From the NCBI RefSeq assembly GCF_046119375.1, contig NW_027362763.1, positions 653,976,001-654,040,000 on the forward strand: a DNA stretch of 64,000 nt. The letters run 5' to 3'. The position numbers and the translations under genes are program-made. Positions within the stretch are counted from its first letter, which is position 1; each line of letters begins with the position of its first letter. Positions 1-13,095 of the stretch are shown here, in pieces. The notes below the pieces were generated by a model. That model was not told the origin of the DNA, did not search any database, and was given only the letters and a program-made list of their open reading frames with translations. The DNA comes from Phyllobates terribilis. Its lineage: Eukaryota.

Positions 1-294
1 CTACCCTCACCTACTGTATCCTCACCCATCCCCTGTAGATTGTGAGCACTCGCAGGCAGGGTCCTCGCTCCACCATACCGCTCCATGACCTCCTCTACCC
101 TCACCTACTGTATCCTCACCCATCCCTTGTAGACTGTGAGCCCTCGCGGGCAGGGTCCTCGCTCTTCCTGGACCAGTCGCTGTCACACTGTGTTCCTAGA
201 TTATTGTAATTGTTCTTGTATTATACCCCTTTTTCACATGTAAAGCGCCATGGAATAAATGGCGCTATAATAATAAATAATAATAATAATAATA
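1..294 (+). mobile_element. 3' tail of an L2-clade LINE or L2-mobilised SINE, with an internal ~95-bp tandem duplication
   Basis: Tail motif tagactgtgagccctcgcgggcagggtcctc occurs twice (from 1 and ~96). Terminal stem-loop AGCGCCAT-ggaataa-ATGGCGCT at 244-266, then a (TAA)n tail. It resembles the tail of the L2 at 13096-13250. Confidence 0.85.
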
Positions 295-1510
295 TTTGCC
301 TGGAAAAAAAATATCAAAACAAAAACAAACACACTAAAAAAGTTTAAACAAATTTAACTACTTATAGAATTTTTCGCTTTCTTTCATAGCCTCTCTCTAC
401 AAAACTTCAATTCCTACCTTCTGGGAAAAGTCAGGGGTAAAGAAAATAAAGGACTTACACGATGGAACAAATTTCATTCCATTTAAAAACCGTCAAAAAC
501 AAATTTAATTTAACCTCATCAGACTTTTTCCGATATTCACGCATGAAAGAATGTATCCAAAAATTTCTCATAAATAAACCGTTGATTTCAGAATCAGCAT
601 CAAACCTTATCTGCAATTATAACCATAAGATTTTCTGGAGTTTAAAGAAATATATACAATGGGTTTAACAACGACTCGCAATTTACAAAAAAACTCATAT
701 ATGATAAAGTGGGAAACAGACCTAAAGGACGCCTTCCATTTGAACAATGGGACAATGCATTAGCATTTACATACGCGTCTAATATTTCTATGCCTCTTCA
801 GGAATCGTATTATAAACTGCTATCAAGGTGGTACTATACGCCAACTAGGCTTTTTCACATTAACCCCAATAACTCCCCCCTTGTGCTGGAGAAATTGTGG
901 CCAAAAGGGTAACATTTTACATTTATTTTGGAGCTGTCCCAAGATTCAAAAATTATGGGCGGAAACATTCAATCTAATTACCAGCTTTGTGAACGGGTCT
1001 ATAGTCATTTCTCCCCAAATGGCCCTACTCTCAATTGGTATGGCATCAGAAAGACTCATCTTAATCCACATTTTTTTTAGTCGTTTAAAAACGCAATAGC
1101 ATTTCACTGGAAAAAATCCGGCTATACCTTTATCAACAGATATTATAGAAAGCATTAATCTACATAGGTCATACGAAAAAAAAAAAGATTCGCTACTATT
1201 AATAATTGCTTTGAAAATTTTCAAAAGGGACAAATGGACCGTTAAATTTCCATATTAGAGGTCTGAGCTTAGTATAACCGCATTTTGAACTGTATAAAAG
1301 CTAATATCTGCAACATGTTGATGAACGTTTTGTTTGTTATATTATATGTAACATTATATTGTTATATTTTTGCTTGTTTCAAGTTCCCCACCCCCTATTG
1401 TCCCACCTCATCCCACTTTCATTTCCCTATCCCCTTACTCTCCTTCCTTCCCCCCCTTATTCTGATTAAAAATGTTTCAATAAAAATTATTGAAAAAAAG
1501 AAAAAAACTA
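295..1510 (+). mobile_element. 5'-truncated L1-clade LINE 3' fragment (frameshifted ORF2 C-terminus, 3'UTR, poly-A)
   Basis: Joining ORFs 709-912 and 881-1099 gives LLSRWYYTPTRL...CWRNCGQKGNILHLFWSCPKI, the L1 ORF2 CCHC motif. AATAAA and an A-rich tail lie at ~1480-1510. Confidence 0.85.
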
Positions 1511-2035
1511 CTAATTGTGATACATGGAGAACAGGTGTAAAAGGGAAAACAGTACTGTTCCATTCTGAAGTATCTCGCGAGATAAATCTGTTTGCAAAGA
1601 TTCATTGTTATTCTGCAAAATTCTGGACACCAGATTATTTTTTTATGGCTTTGTTTCAGAAAATGGATGTGTAGCCCTCGCTGGAAACTTTTTACTCTTT
1701 ATTATTCTCTTAAATGAAGTAAAAAAGTGAATTAAAAATCTGGAACATTGATTCACTTAATGGCTCCAATGTATCATTTACTTGTTTTTTAAACTCTTTT
1801 TTGTCCTGTGGTCTTCATGCCAAATTCTTCAAAATGGTGGAAGTGGTTCATAGATTTTGTGCAGTCACAAATGGTCTTTTGACCAGTTTTGTGACTTCAT
1901 ATCCACAAGTCACACGTTTCACAAAATGGCACAAAGTTTGTACAAAAATATCAATTATACCTGTAAACAGGAAAAAAAATGGAAGCAAATGCCCACCATG
2001 CATTGTCAAATAGAATCTGGAAATAAACTGTTTAA

Positions 2036-2940
2036 CCCCTTACCAACATATGAAGTACAGTTACATCATATGTCGACTCACTGTCTTTGATGCCGGCACA
2101 GGAGCTGAGCCCGCATCCTTGCCTGAAGATGATGGCTGTGTTATTCAGCCATAATATGCCTCTAAAACACTCTTAAATGCCACTATAAATCTCTGACAGC
2201 AGCATTAAGAGAGCGCAGCCTGGGAGGCGCACTGTTCAGACCATGCACGGGTAGCCATGACAGCCGCTAAAGACCCCCATGCCTATCTTGATGGTTTTCC
2301 TGTGAACACCAGCATAGGAGACCATGATATTTCCTATATACAGCAATATAGGGACTAACAAATACAGGGTGAAATAAAAAAAATATTTTTATAAATATGA
2401 AATTTAAAACAAATGTTAGAATCACCCTCATTTTCCCCGATTAAAAATAAAGAAATTGAAAAAAGAAAATAAAAATACACATATGTGGTATCTCCATGTC
2501 TGTAAAAGTTCGATCTATCAAAATATAACATGAATTAACTCAATTTGTAAGAGCTGTAATCATGTAAAAAAAAAACAACAAAAGGCTAGAATTGAGTTTT
2601 TTTAGGCTGCTGCAAAACCACAACCAAGAGCAATCACAAGAGATCAAAACATCATATCTATTCCAAAATGGTATCAATAAAAAATGATGGCTCGAAGAAC
2701 AAAAAACAACAAAAAAAGCCCTTCCAGAGCTCCATTGAATGAAAATGTTCTAGGAAAAATTGTGACAGAAGCAAAAATTTTTTCACCACTTAAAAGAAAA
2801 ACTATGCATATTTGGTATCATCGTATCGCAATATGTCATTTTTACTGTATAATAAACGCTGTAAATAAGAAACCCATAAAACAATTGCGGAATTGTGCTT
2901 TTTTGCTAGAAAGGAACACAGAGGAGAAAAGGAAGGGAAA
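2036..2940. mobile_element. Probable decayed non-autonomous TTAA-targeting (piggyBac/Kolobok-like) element
   Basis: Begins TTAA|CCCCTT at 2032-2041 and has an AT-rich non-coding body. The right end is not clearly preserved. Confidence 0.35.
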
Positions 2941-3284
2941 CTAAATGGGAGAGGATGAGTATTTGCACACATGCGAAACACCAAGCAACAGTCAAAGATA
3001 AACACTCTAAAAGCCTCTACCGACAACCGACTCTTCCACTCCTCACCAGGCAGTACAAGACTTAACACTGGCAATCCAGATTGCCAGAGGCGGGTGTATA
3101 TACAATCCTGCTCATGGTTATTAGCACCCATGAAGTGTAACTACATAATGTGGAATATCTCCTGAAAAAAATTAATCAAGTGAAACAGGTTTTTTATATA
3201 GAGACTCCTGTTAAATACAAAAGAGAAAATGATAAACAATAATGTAAAACAAAAAACAATGGGAGGGAAAAATAGAAAAACCTA

Positions 3285-4704
<1,420 letters not shown>

Positions 4705-5475
4705 TATAGGAGAGGGGAGTGGTCAATACTGAACAGCTGATATCATCCAAGCTGGGAAGCTACAGAGACTCCAAGCTTAACAGATTAACCCCTACACTGC
4801 TAACAGAAATCAGCACCATTTAATATGAAGGAGAAGTGCTTCTGATCGGTGCAGGAGTACATGAAATCAGATGCTGCGACCTTCTGGCCCCTCTCTGTCG
4901 TGGTAAACCTGTGACAAGTGTAATTCAAAAGTACAACTTGTCTGGAAAAAAACAAGCCCTCATACAGCTACTGAAAAAGTTATAGCTCTTGCAATAAGAG
5001 GAGGAAAAAAACAAAAGAGCAAAAACGGAAAATCGAAATGTCAGGAAGAGGTTAAAATGTAATCTCATTGAAAGAGTGGAGTGTGGACGGTGTTCCTGCA
5101 TGTGCTTATTATGGAGAACTTTATCATGTCCGTAGCAGGAAATTCTCAACGCTGACCCCCTAAGTAATACAGTGTAGTGTTATTTAGAGTTTTTGTAAAG
5201 AATGAATGAAAGTATCTGCTCTACCATAAACACATGCAGATAGCGATCCAGGCCATATGATTGTCAAAGGAAATATGATGGATGACTATCTGAACGCCTG
5301 GAGCTTCCTGGTGTATCTGTCAGACAGACACTGCAAACACAATATGAATGCACCCTGTCTTGTACTAATGATGAACTACAGCTTGTTACATACTCCAGAG
5401 TTGTGCTCATTATTTTACTGATAAAGTCACTAACTATAAACTATATACATGTATATTTGTGTATGTGTATATATC

Positions 5476-6595
5476 TGTAACGGGTCTGGGAGGCGGAACC
5501 TCTGAGCTACTATACAAGGGGGCGGTCCTTGTAAGGGAGCGGGTGGCGACCAGGGAAGACGGGCAGGCAGTCACAGCAGGTGACCGGGACAGTCTCTGGA
5601 TGAACGGGCAGGAGGTCACGGCAAGTGACCGGGGCAGTCTCTGGATGAACGGGCAGGAGGTCACGGCAAGTGACAGGGGCAGTCTCTGGGTAAAGGGTAG
5701 GTACGACCTGTGATGGCAGAGCCTCCAGGTAGGCTAGCAGGCAGATGGTTGATGTGTGTTCCCAGGTGAGCAAGCGAGAGTCTCTGGAATGGCGGGTGGT
5801 CACAGCACGTGACGGCGGAGCCTCCCGGTAGGCTAGCAGGCAGGTAACAGGTGTGCGCTCCCAGGTGAGCGGGCAGGAGTCTCTGGAATGGCAGGTGGTC
5901 ACAGCACGTGACGGCGGAGCCTCCCGGTAGGCTAGCAGGCAGGTAACAGGTGTGCGCTCCCAGGTGAGCGGGCAGGAGTCTCTGGAATGGCAGGTGGTCA
6001 CAGCACGTGACGGCGGAGCCTCCAGGTAGGCTAGCAGGCAGGTAGCAGATGTGCGCTCCCAGGTGAGCGGGCAAGCTGGTCCATAGACAGACTGACAGGA
6101 GTTGGAGGGCAGACCGTCAGACCTCAGGCTAGCAGGCAGGTAGCAGAGGAGCGCTCCCAGGTGAGCGGGCAAGCTGGTCCTTAGACAGACTGACAGGAGT
6201 CGGTAGGCAGACCGTCGGACCTCAGGCTAGCAGGCAGGTAAGCAGAATATCAGGCAGGAATCAGACAGCAAACTGGCAGGAATCTGGCAGGTAACTGGCA
6301 ACGGGACCTGAGGGCTGAAGCAGAGTAGTGAACAGTGCAACAACATTGCTCGGGCACCTCCATTTTGGAGGAGGTGCCTTATATATGGTGAAGTCCTCCG
6401 GCCATTGGCCGGGGACTCCTTAGGACGGCGCGCGTGGCCCCTTTAAGAGGGAGGGAGCGCGCGCGCGCCCTAAGCACAGTGGCCGGGAAGGAGCGCGCGC
6501 TGCCAGCAGAGCGGGAGGAGGACGCCGGGCACGGAGCAGGGAGGTGAGGGGAACAGCGTCCCTGCCTAGCAGAGGGCAGGGACGCCGGCGCTACA
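5476..6595 (-). mobile_element. Solo LTR (Gypsy-type) with 5-bp TSD
   Basis: TGTAAC...GCTACA termini, flanked by ATATC at 5471-5475 and 6596-6600. The minus-strand TATA-like TATATAAG (~6378-6385) is followed by an inverted repeat GGCACCTCC/GGAGGTGCC. Confidence 0.85.
5560..6250. repeat. Tandem repeats inside the solo LTR (3 x ~41 bp, then ~95-bp units)
   Basis: Recurring cagtctctggatgaacgggcaggaggtcac and ggctagcaggcaggta...gctcccaggtgagcgggca. These explain the repetitive ORFs 5510-6172 and 5661-6074. Confidence 0.9.
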
Positions 6596-7136
6596 ATATC
6601 TATACATAGTTATACAGTTGAAACCAGAAGTTTCCATCCACTATATAGAAAGACTCATCTGCAGGTTTTTCTCAATATCTGACATGAAATCAGAATAAAC
6701 CTCTCCCGTTTTAGGTCAGTTAGGATTACCAATTTTTTAAATATTTGCCAAATGCCGGAATAATGAGAGAGAGAGAATGTTTTAAGGCATTTTTATTACT
6801 TACCGCAAAGTCAGAAGTTTCCATCCATTTCATTAGTACAATGCTCAAAAAAAATAAAGGGAACATTTAAACAACAGAATATAACTCCAAGTAAATCAAA
6901 CTTCTGTGAAATCAAACTGTCCACTTAGGAAGCAACACTGATTGACAATCAATGTCACATGCTGTTGTGCAAATGGAATAGACAATAGATGGAAATTATT
7001 TCCAATTATCAAGACCCCCTCAATAAAGGAGTGGTTCTGCAGGTGGGGACCACAGACCACATCTCAGTACCAATGCTTTCTGGCTGATGTTTTGGTCACT
7101 TTTGAATGTTGGTTGTGCTTTCACACTTGTGGTAGC

Positions 7137-8159
7137 ATGAGACGGATTCTACAACCCACAGAAGTTGCTCAGGTAGTGCTGCTCATCCAGGATGGCACAT
7201 CAATGTGAGCTGTGGCAAGAAGGTTTGCTGTGTCTGTCAGCGTAGTGTCCAGAGGCTGGAAGCGCTACCAGGAGACAGGCCAGTACACCAGGAGACGTGG
7301 AGGGGTCCGTAGGAGGGAAACAACCCAGCAACAGGACCGCTACCTCTGCCTTTGTGCAACGAGGAACAGGAGGAGCACTGCCAGAGCCCTGCAAAATGAC
7401 CTCCAGCAGGCCACAAATGTGCATGTGTCTGCACAAACGGTTAGAAACCGACTCCATGAGGATGGTATGAGGGTCCGACGTCCACAGATGGGGGTTGTGC
7501 TCACAGCCCAACATCATGCAGGAAGCTTGGCATTTGCCACAGAACACCAGGATTGGCAAAGTCGCCACTGGCGCCCTGTGCTCTTCACAGATGAAAGCAG
7601 GTTCACACTGAGCACATGTGACAGACGTGACAGAGTCTGGAGACGCCGTGGAGAGCGATCTGCTGCCTGCAACATCCTTCAGCATGACTGGTTTGGCAGT
7701 GGGTCAGTAATGGTGTGGGGTGGCATTTCTTTGGAGGTCCGCACAGCCCTCCATGTGCTCGCCAGAGGTAGCCTGACTGCCATTAGGTACCGAGGTGAGA
7801 TCCTCAGACCCCTTGTGAGACCATATGCTGGTGCGGTTGGCCCTGGGTTCCTCCTAATGCAGGACAATGCCAGACCTCATGTGGCTGGAGTGTGTCAGCA
7901 GTTCTTGCAAGATGAAGGCATTGAAGCTATGGACTGGCCCGCTCGTTCACCCGACCTGAATCCAATTGAGCACATCTGGGACATCATGTCTCGCTCCATC
8001 CACCAACGATGGAACTCCATTGCACCACAGGAGTTGGCGGATGCTTTAGTCCGGGTCTGGGAGGAGATCCCACAGGAGACCATCCGCAGCCTCATCAGGA
8101 GCATGCCAAGGCATTGTAGGGAAGTCATACAGGCACGTGGAGGCCACACACAATACTCA
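7137..8159 (+). pseudogene. Tc1 transposase, 340 codons, with one premature TGA (7206-7208) and the native stop changed TGA>TCA
   Basis: [14 protein letters not shown]...VLFTDESRF...LMQDNARPH-(34)-SPDLNPIE...RGGHTQY, in frame from the ATG at 7137. Confidence 0.9.
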
Positions 8160-10152
8160 GCCTCATCAGGAGCATGCCCAGGCGTTGTAGGGAAGTCATA
8201 CAGGCACGTGGAGGCCACACACAATACTGAGCCTCACCAGGAGCATGCCCAGGCATTGTAGGGAGGTCATACAGGCATGTGGAGCCACACACAATACTGA
8301 GCCTCATCAGGAGCATGCCCAGGCGTTGTAGGGAGGTCATACAGGCACGTGGAGGCCACACACAATACTCAGCATCATCAGGAGCATGCCCAGGCGTTGT
8401 AGGGAAGTCATACAGGCACGTGGAGGCCACACACAATACTGAGCCTCATCAGGAGCATGCCCAGGCGTTGTAGGGAGGTCATACAGGCACGTGGAGGCCA
8501 CACACAATACTCAGCCTCATCAGGAGCATGCCCAGGCGTTGTAGGGAGGTCATACAGGCACGTGGAGGCCACACACAATACTCAGCCTCATCAGGAGCAT
8601 GCCCAGGCGTTGTAGGGAGGTCATACAGGCACGTGGAGGCCACACACAATACTCAGCCTCATCAGGAGCATGCCCAGGCGTTGTAGGGAAGTCATACAGG
8701 CAGGTGGAGGCCACACACAATACTCAGCCTCATCAGGAGCATGCCCAGGCGTTGTAGGGAGGTCATACAGGCACGTGGAGGCCACACACAATACTCAGCC
8801 TCATCAGGAGCATGCCCAGGCATTGTAGGGAGGTCATACAGGCACGTGGAGGCCACACACAATACTCAACCTCATCAGGAGCATGCCCAGGCGTTGTAGG
8901 GAGGTCAAACAGGCACGTGTAGGCCACACACAATACTCAGCCTCATCAGGAGCATGCCCAGGTGTTGTAGGGAGGTCATACAGGCACGTGGAGGCCACAC
9001 ACAATACTGAGCCTCATCAGGAGCATGCCCAGGAGTTGTAGGGAGGTCATACAGGCACGTGGAGGCCACACACAATACTCAGCCTCATCAGGAGCATGCC
9101 CAGGCGTTGTAGGGAGGTCATACAGGCACGTGGAGGCCACACACAATACTCAGCCTCATCAGGAGCATGTCCAGGCGTTGTAGGGAGGTCATACAGGCAC
9201 GTGGAGGCCACACACAATACTGAGCCTCATCAGGAGCATGCCCAGGCGTTGTAGGGAGGTCATACAGGCACGTGGAGGCCACACACAATACTCAGCCTCA
9301 TCAGGAGCATGCCCAGGCGTTGTAGGGAGGTCATACAGGCACGTGGAGGCCACACACAATACTCAGCCTCATCAGGAGCATGCCCAGGCGTTGTAGGGAA
9401 GTCATACAGGCAGGTGGAGGCCACACACAATACTCAGCCTCATCAGGAGCATGCCCAGGCGTTGTAGGGAGGTCATACAGGCACGTGGAGGCCACACACA
9501 ATACTCAGCCTCATCAGGAGCATGCCCAGGCATTGTAGGGAGGTCATACAGGCACGTGGAGGCCACACACAATACTCAGCCTCATCAGGAGCATGCCCAG
9601 GCGTTGTAGGGAGGTCATACAGGCACGTGGAGGCCACACACAATACTCAGCCTCATCAGGAGCATGCCCAGGTGTTGTAGGGAGGTCATACAGGCACGTG
9701 GAGGCCACACACAATACTGAGCCTCATCAGGAGCATGCCCAGGAGTTGTAGGGAGGTCATACAGGCACGTGGAGGCCACACACAATACTCAGACTCATCA
9801 GGAGCATGCCCAGGCGTTGTAGGGAGGTCATACAGGCACGTGGAGGCCACACACAATACTCAGCCTCATCAGGAGCATGTCCAGGCGTTGTAGGGAGGTC
9901 ATACAGGCACGTGGAGGCCACACACAATACTGAGCCTCATCAGGAGCATGCCCAGGCGTTGTAGGGAGGTCATACAGGCACGTGGAGGCCACACACAATA
10001 CTCAGCCTCATCAGGAGCATGCCCAGGCGTTGTAGAGAGGTCATACAGGCACGTGGAGGCCACACACAATACTCAGCCTCATCAGGAGCATGCCCAGGCG
10101 TTGTAGGGAGGTCATACAGGCACGTGGAGGCCACACACAATACTCAGCCTCA
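8089..10152 (+). repeat. 71-bp tandem array (~29 copies) of the Tc1 transposase 3' end
   Basis: Unit agcctcatcaggagcatgcccaggcgttgtagggaggtcatacaggcacgtggaggccacacacaatact(c/g). Rare variants recur at a 710-bp spacing. Confidence 0.97.
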
Positions 10153-10570
10153 TTTTGACTTGTTTTAAGGACATTACATCAAAGTTGGATCAGCCTGTAG
10201 TGTGTTTTTCCACTTTAATTTTGGGGGTGACTCCAAATCCAGGCCTAAATTGGTTAATAAATGTGATTTCCATTGATGATTTTTGTGTGATTTTGTTGTC
10301 AGCACATTCAGCTTTCTACAGAACAAAGTATTCAATGAGAAGATTTCATTCATTCAGATCTAGGATGGGTTATTTGAGTGTTCCCTTTATTTTTTTGAGC
10401 AGTGCATTTGGTGCCATTGTCCTTAGACTGAATGACTTGGGTCACACGTTTGGGATCTCCTTCCACAAGCTTCTCACAATAGTTGGTCGGAATTTGGGCC
10501 GATTCTTCCTGACAAAACTGGTGGAACTGATCCAGGGTTGTAGGTCGCCTTGCTCGCACCGGCCTTTTCA

Positions 10571-10878
10571 CCTTGGCAATGAAACACCTTTTTATAGACC
10601 ATCAGTTGAACCAGCTGATATTATTTGTCACTAAGTGACAGGATTGCTTTCTAATTACTGATACATTTCAGCTTTTTGCACCTCTCTTTCTTCATGTGTT
10701 CAATACATTTTCCCTGTGTCATTTCTCATTACACATAATTTTTGGATATCTATGGGTGATTTATTTGCCTGGGTGGACAGGATGGATTGCTACCGACGTC
10801 TGGTGAGAATTTCATGTCAATAGCACCTTTAGAAATAGATTTACTTGGTGATTTGTTCAATACTTATTTCACCCAATG
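10571..10878. mobile_element. Terminal fragment of a third Tc1 family
   Basis: Ends ...caatacttatttcacccaatg|TA (reverse complement CATTGGGTGAAATAAGTATTG), a TIR type unlike the SB-like end at 6615. Confidence 0.6.
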
Positions 10879-11538
10879 TATATATGCACACACACAAACT
10901 ATATACTGTACTATAAATTGTACACTCCATACTCAATCCCACAATACCCAACCCGGCACTTATGTGAGAGCTGGTCCTGTCTCATGCCTCAGGCCAAGTT
11001 CAACGTCCATAGGCCAGTGCCAGTTTTTCACCCGAACTTCCTAGTGTCCCAAAGTCCCATGAGAAGAACCCAGCTCCCCCTTTCCAACCACCCAACCTAA
11101 CACCTACACCCATGTATATTATCCTTATATACAGTATATATACAACATAAATCAAAACAGTAACTATAAGCAATGACCACAACTAACAAAGCCCAAGTTT
11201 GGCATCTACTGCCCTACGATCACTGTATACTGACCAAAACAAAACAAAAATGTACAGTGTCAGCAGCAGCCCACCACCAGGAGAGGAGATGACCAGACTA
11301 GGGCACACTAAAAGAAAAGCCCCTCCAGAGAGCGGCCCTTACATAGTTTGAAAAGCCGAATAAAGACTTGCGTTCATCAAGTTCGACCTGTAAGTTCTGT
11401 AGTTGCTAAAGTTGATCCAGAGGAGGGCAAAAACCCCAAATGATTTAGCCAATCTTCACCTGAGGAAAAATTCCCTCCCGACTCTGAAACCAGCAGTCAG
11501 AATAAATCCCTGTATCAACCTACTATTTTATTCTATTT

Positions 11539-13095
11539 TTAAGTATATGCAGAAATCTGCCTGGTATCTAGAAAAGCATCCAGTCCCCGCTTGAACTGGT
11601 GTAGTGAATCCGACATTACCGTCTCCTCACTCAGTGAATTCCATATTCTCACTGCTCTTACCGTAAAGAACCCCTTCCTATGCTGGTGCTGAAACCTTTT
11701 CTCTTCCAGTCTTAGTGAGTGCCCTCTTGTTACCGTAATATCCCTCCTTTTGAACAAATCCCGGGCAAGGTCTCTATACTGTCCCCTAACATATTTGTAC
11801 ACATTTATTATGTCCCCCCTCAACCTTCTCTTTTCCAGGCTGAATAGTCCTAGTTTTGCCAACCTCTCTGGGTATTGCAGTCCCTCCATTCCCTTTATTA
11901 ATATTGTTGCCCTCCTTTGTACCTTTTCAAGCTCATTTATATCCTTTCTATATATTGGGGCCCATAACTGAGCACAGTATTCCAAGTGTGGTCTGACCAG
12001 TGCTTTGTACAGTGGAAGAACAATGTTCTCATCCTTTGCAGCTATACCTCTTCTGATACATCCCATTACCCTGTTTGCCCTTACAGCAGCGGCCTGACTT
12101 TGGGCACTCCAATTTAGTTTGCTATCAATCAAGATGCCCAAGTCCTTCTCCATCTCTGAATTCCCCAATGATTTCCCATTCAGTGAGTACTGGTGACTTC
12201 CATTTTTCCTTCCCATATGTATGACCTTACATTTCTCCTCGTTAAACCTCATTTGCCATTTAATGCTCCACCTACCCAGCTTATCCAAATCCCTCTGAAG
12301 GTCTTCACTATCCTCTTTTGTATTAATTGTTTTACATAACTTTGTGTCATCTGCAAATATTGATATTTTACTATTTATCCCGTTGACTATGTCGTTAATA
12401 AAGATATTAAATAACATTGGGCCTAGTACAGACCCCTGTGGTACCCCACTAGTGACGCTTACCCAATCTGAGTATATTCCATTTATAACCACCCTCTGCC
12501 TTCTATCCTTTAGCCAGTTAGCTACCCACTTGCAGACATTTTCCCCCAGCCCCATCATTCTCATTTTGTATACCAACCTATTATGTGGCACGCTATCGAA
12601 CGCTTTTGAGAAGTCGAGATACACGACATCCACTGGTTCCCCCTGATCTACTCGAGAGCTCACCTCCTCGTAGAAGTCAATCAGGTTTGTTTGGCAGGAG
12701 CGATTCCTCATGAATCCATGTTGGTTCGGGGTTAATAGATTATTAGCGTCAAGATGCTCCATGATTGCCTCATTAATAAAGCCTTCAAAAATTTTGCCCA
12801 CAACGGACGTCAGACTCACCGGCCGATAGTTTCCGGCGTCACTTTTTGCTCCCTTTTTGAATATTGGCACTACATTCGCCTGTCGCCAATCAAGTGGTAC
12901 AGACCCAGTCTCAACAGAGTCCTTAAATATAAGGTATAACGGTCTGTCTATCACATGACTTAGTTCCCTTAGTACCCGTGGGTGTATGCCATCAGGTCCT
13001 GGTGATTGGTTTATTTTAATGTTACTGAGGCGTTTCTGTACCCCAGCTTGGCTTAGATTTGTCATACTTAGTGGAGGATTAAGTTTGTCACTTAT
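11539..13095 (-). CDS. CR1 ORF2 C-terminal part (reverse transcriptase)
   Basis: [53 protein letters not shown]. Ten codons upstream of the 13065 ATG connect in frame to the N-terminal half once the L2 is removed. Confidence 0.95.
   Translation of the reverse strand: MSDKLNPPLSMTNLSQAGVQKRLSNIKINQSPGPDGIHPRVLRELSHVIDRPLYLIFKDSVETGSVPLDWRQANVVPIFKKGAKSDAGNYRPVSLTSVVGKIFEGFINEAIMEHLDANNLLTPNQHGFMRNRSCQTNLIDFYEEVSSRVDQGEPVDVVYLDFSKAFDSVPHNRLVYKMRMMGLGENVCKWVANWLKDRRQRVVINGIYSDWVSVTSGVPQGSVLGPMLFNIFINDIVNGINSKISIFADDTKLCKTINTKEDSEDLQRDLDKLGRWSIKWQMRFNEEKCKVIHMGRKNGSHQYSLNGKSLGNSEMEKDLGILIDSKLNWSAQSQAAAVRANRVMGCIRRGIAAKDENIVLPLYKALVRPHLEYCAQLWAPIYRKDINELEKVQRRATILIKGMEGLQYPERLAKLGLFSLEKRRLRGDIINVYKYVRGQYRDLARDLFKRRDITVTRGHSLRLEEKRFQHQHRKGFFTVRAVRIWNSLSEETVMSDSLHQFKRGLDAFLDTRQISAYT

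Larger units (their letters stand above)
6839..10404 (+). mobile_element. Tc1 (DD34E) transposon containing a tandem array
   Basis: TIRs CAATGCTCAAAAAAAATAAAGGGAACA and TGTTCCCTTTATTTTTTTGAGCAGTG. Flanked by TA (6837-38) and a mutated CA (10405-06). Confidence 0.92.
6615..10570 (-). mobile_element. Sleeping-Beauty-like Tc1 remnant (right IR/DR plus transposase C-terminus), split by a nested Tc1
   Basis: TA|CAGTTGAAACCAGAAGTTTCCATCCAC outer DR at 6613 and inner DR gtcagaagtttccatcca at ~6810. After the insert, ORF 10350-10571(-) gives RARRPTTLDQFHQFCQEE...KLVEGDPKRVTQV, matching the SB transposase C-terminus. Confidence 0.8.

Noticed and set aside
5080-5140. VDGVPACAYYGEL, reminiscent of an RTE-LINE C-terminal motif
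   Set aside because: Too short, with no supporting flanking motifs.
8089-10152. CRISPR-like appearance of the regular arrays (also 23950-27335 and 50255-64000)
   Set aside because: The units are head-to-tail with no unique spacers, the context is eukaryotic, and no cas genes are present.
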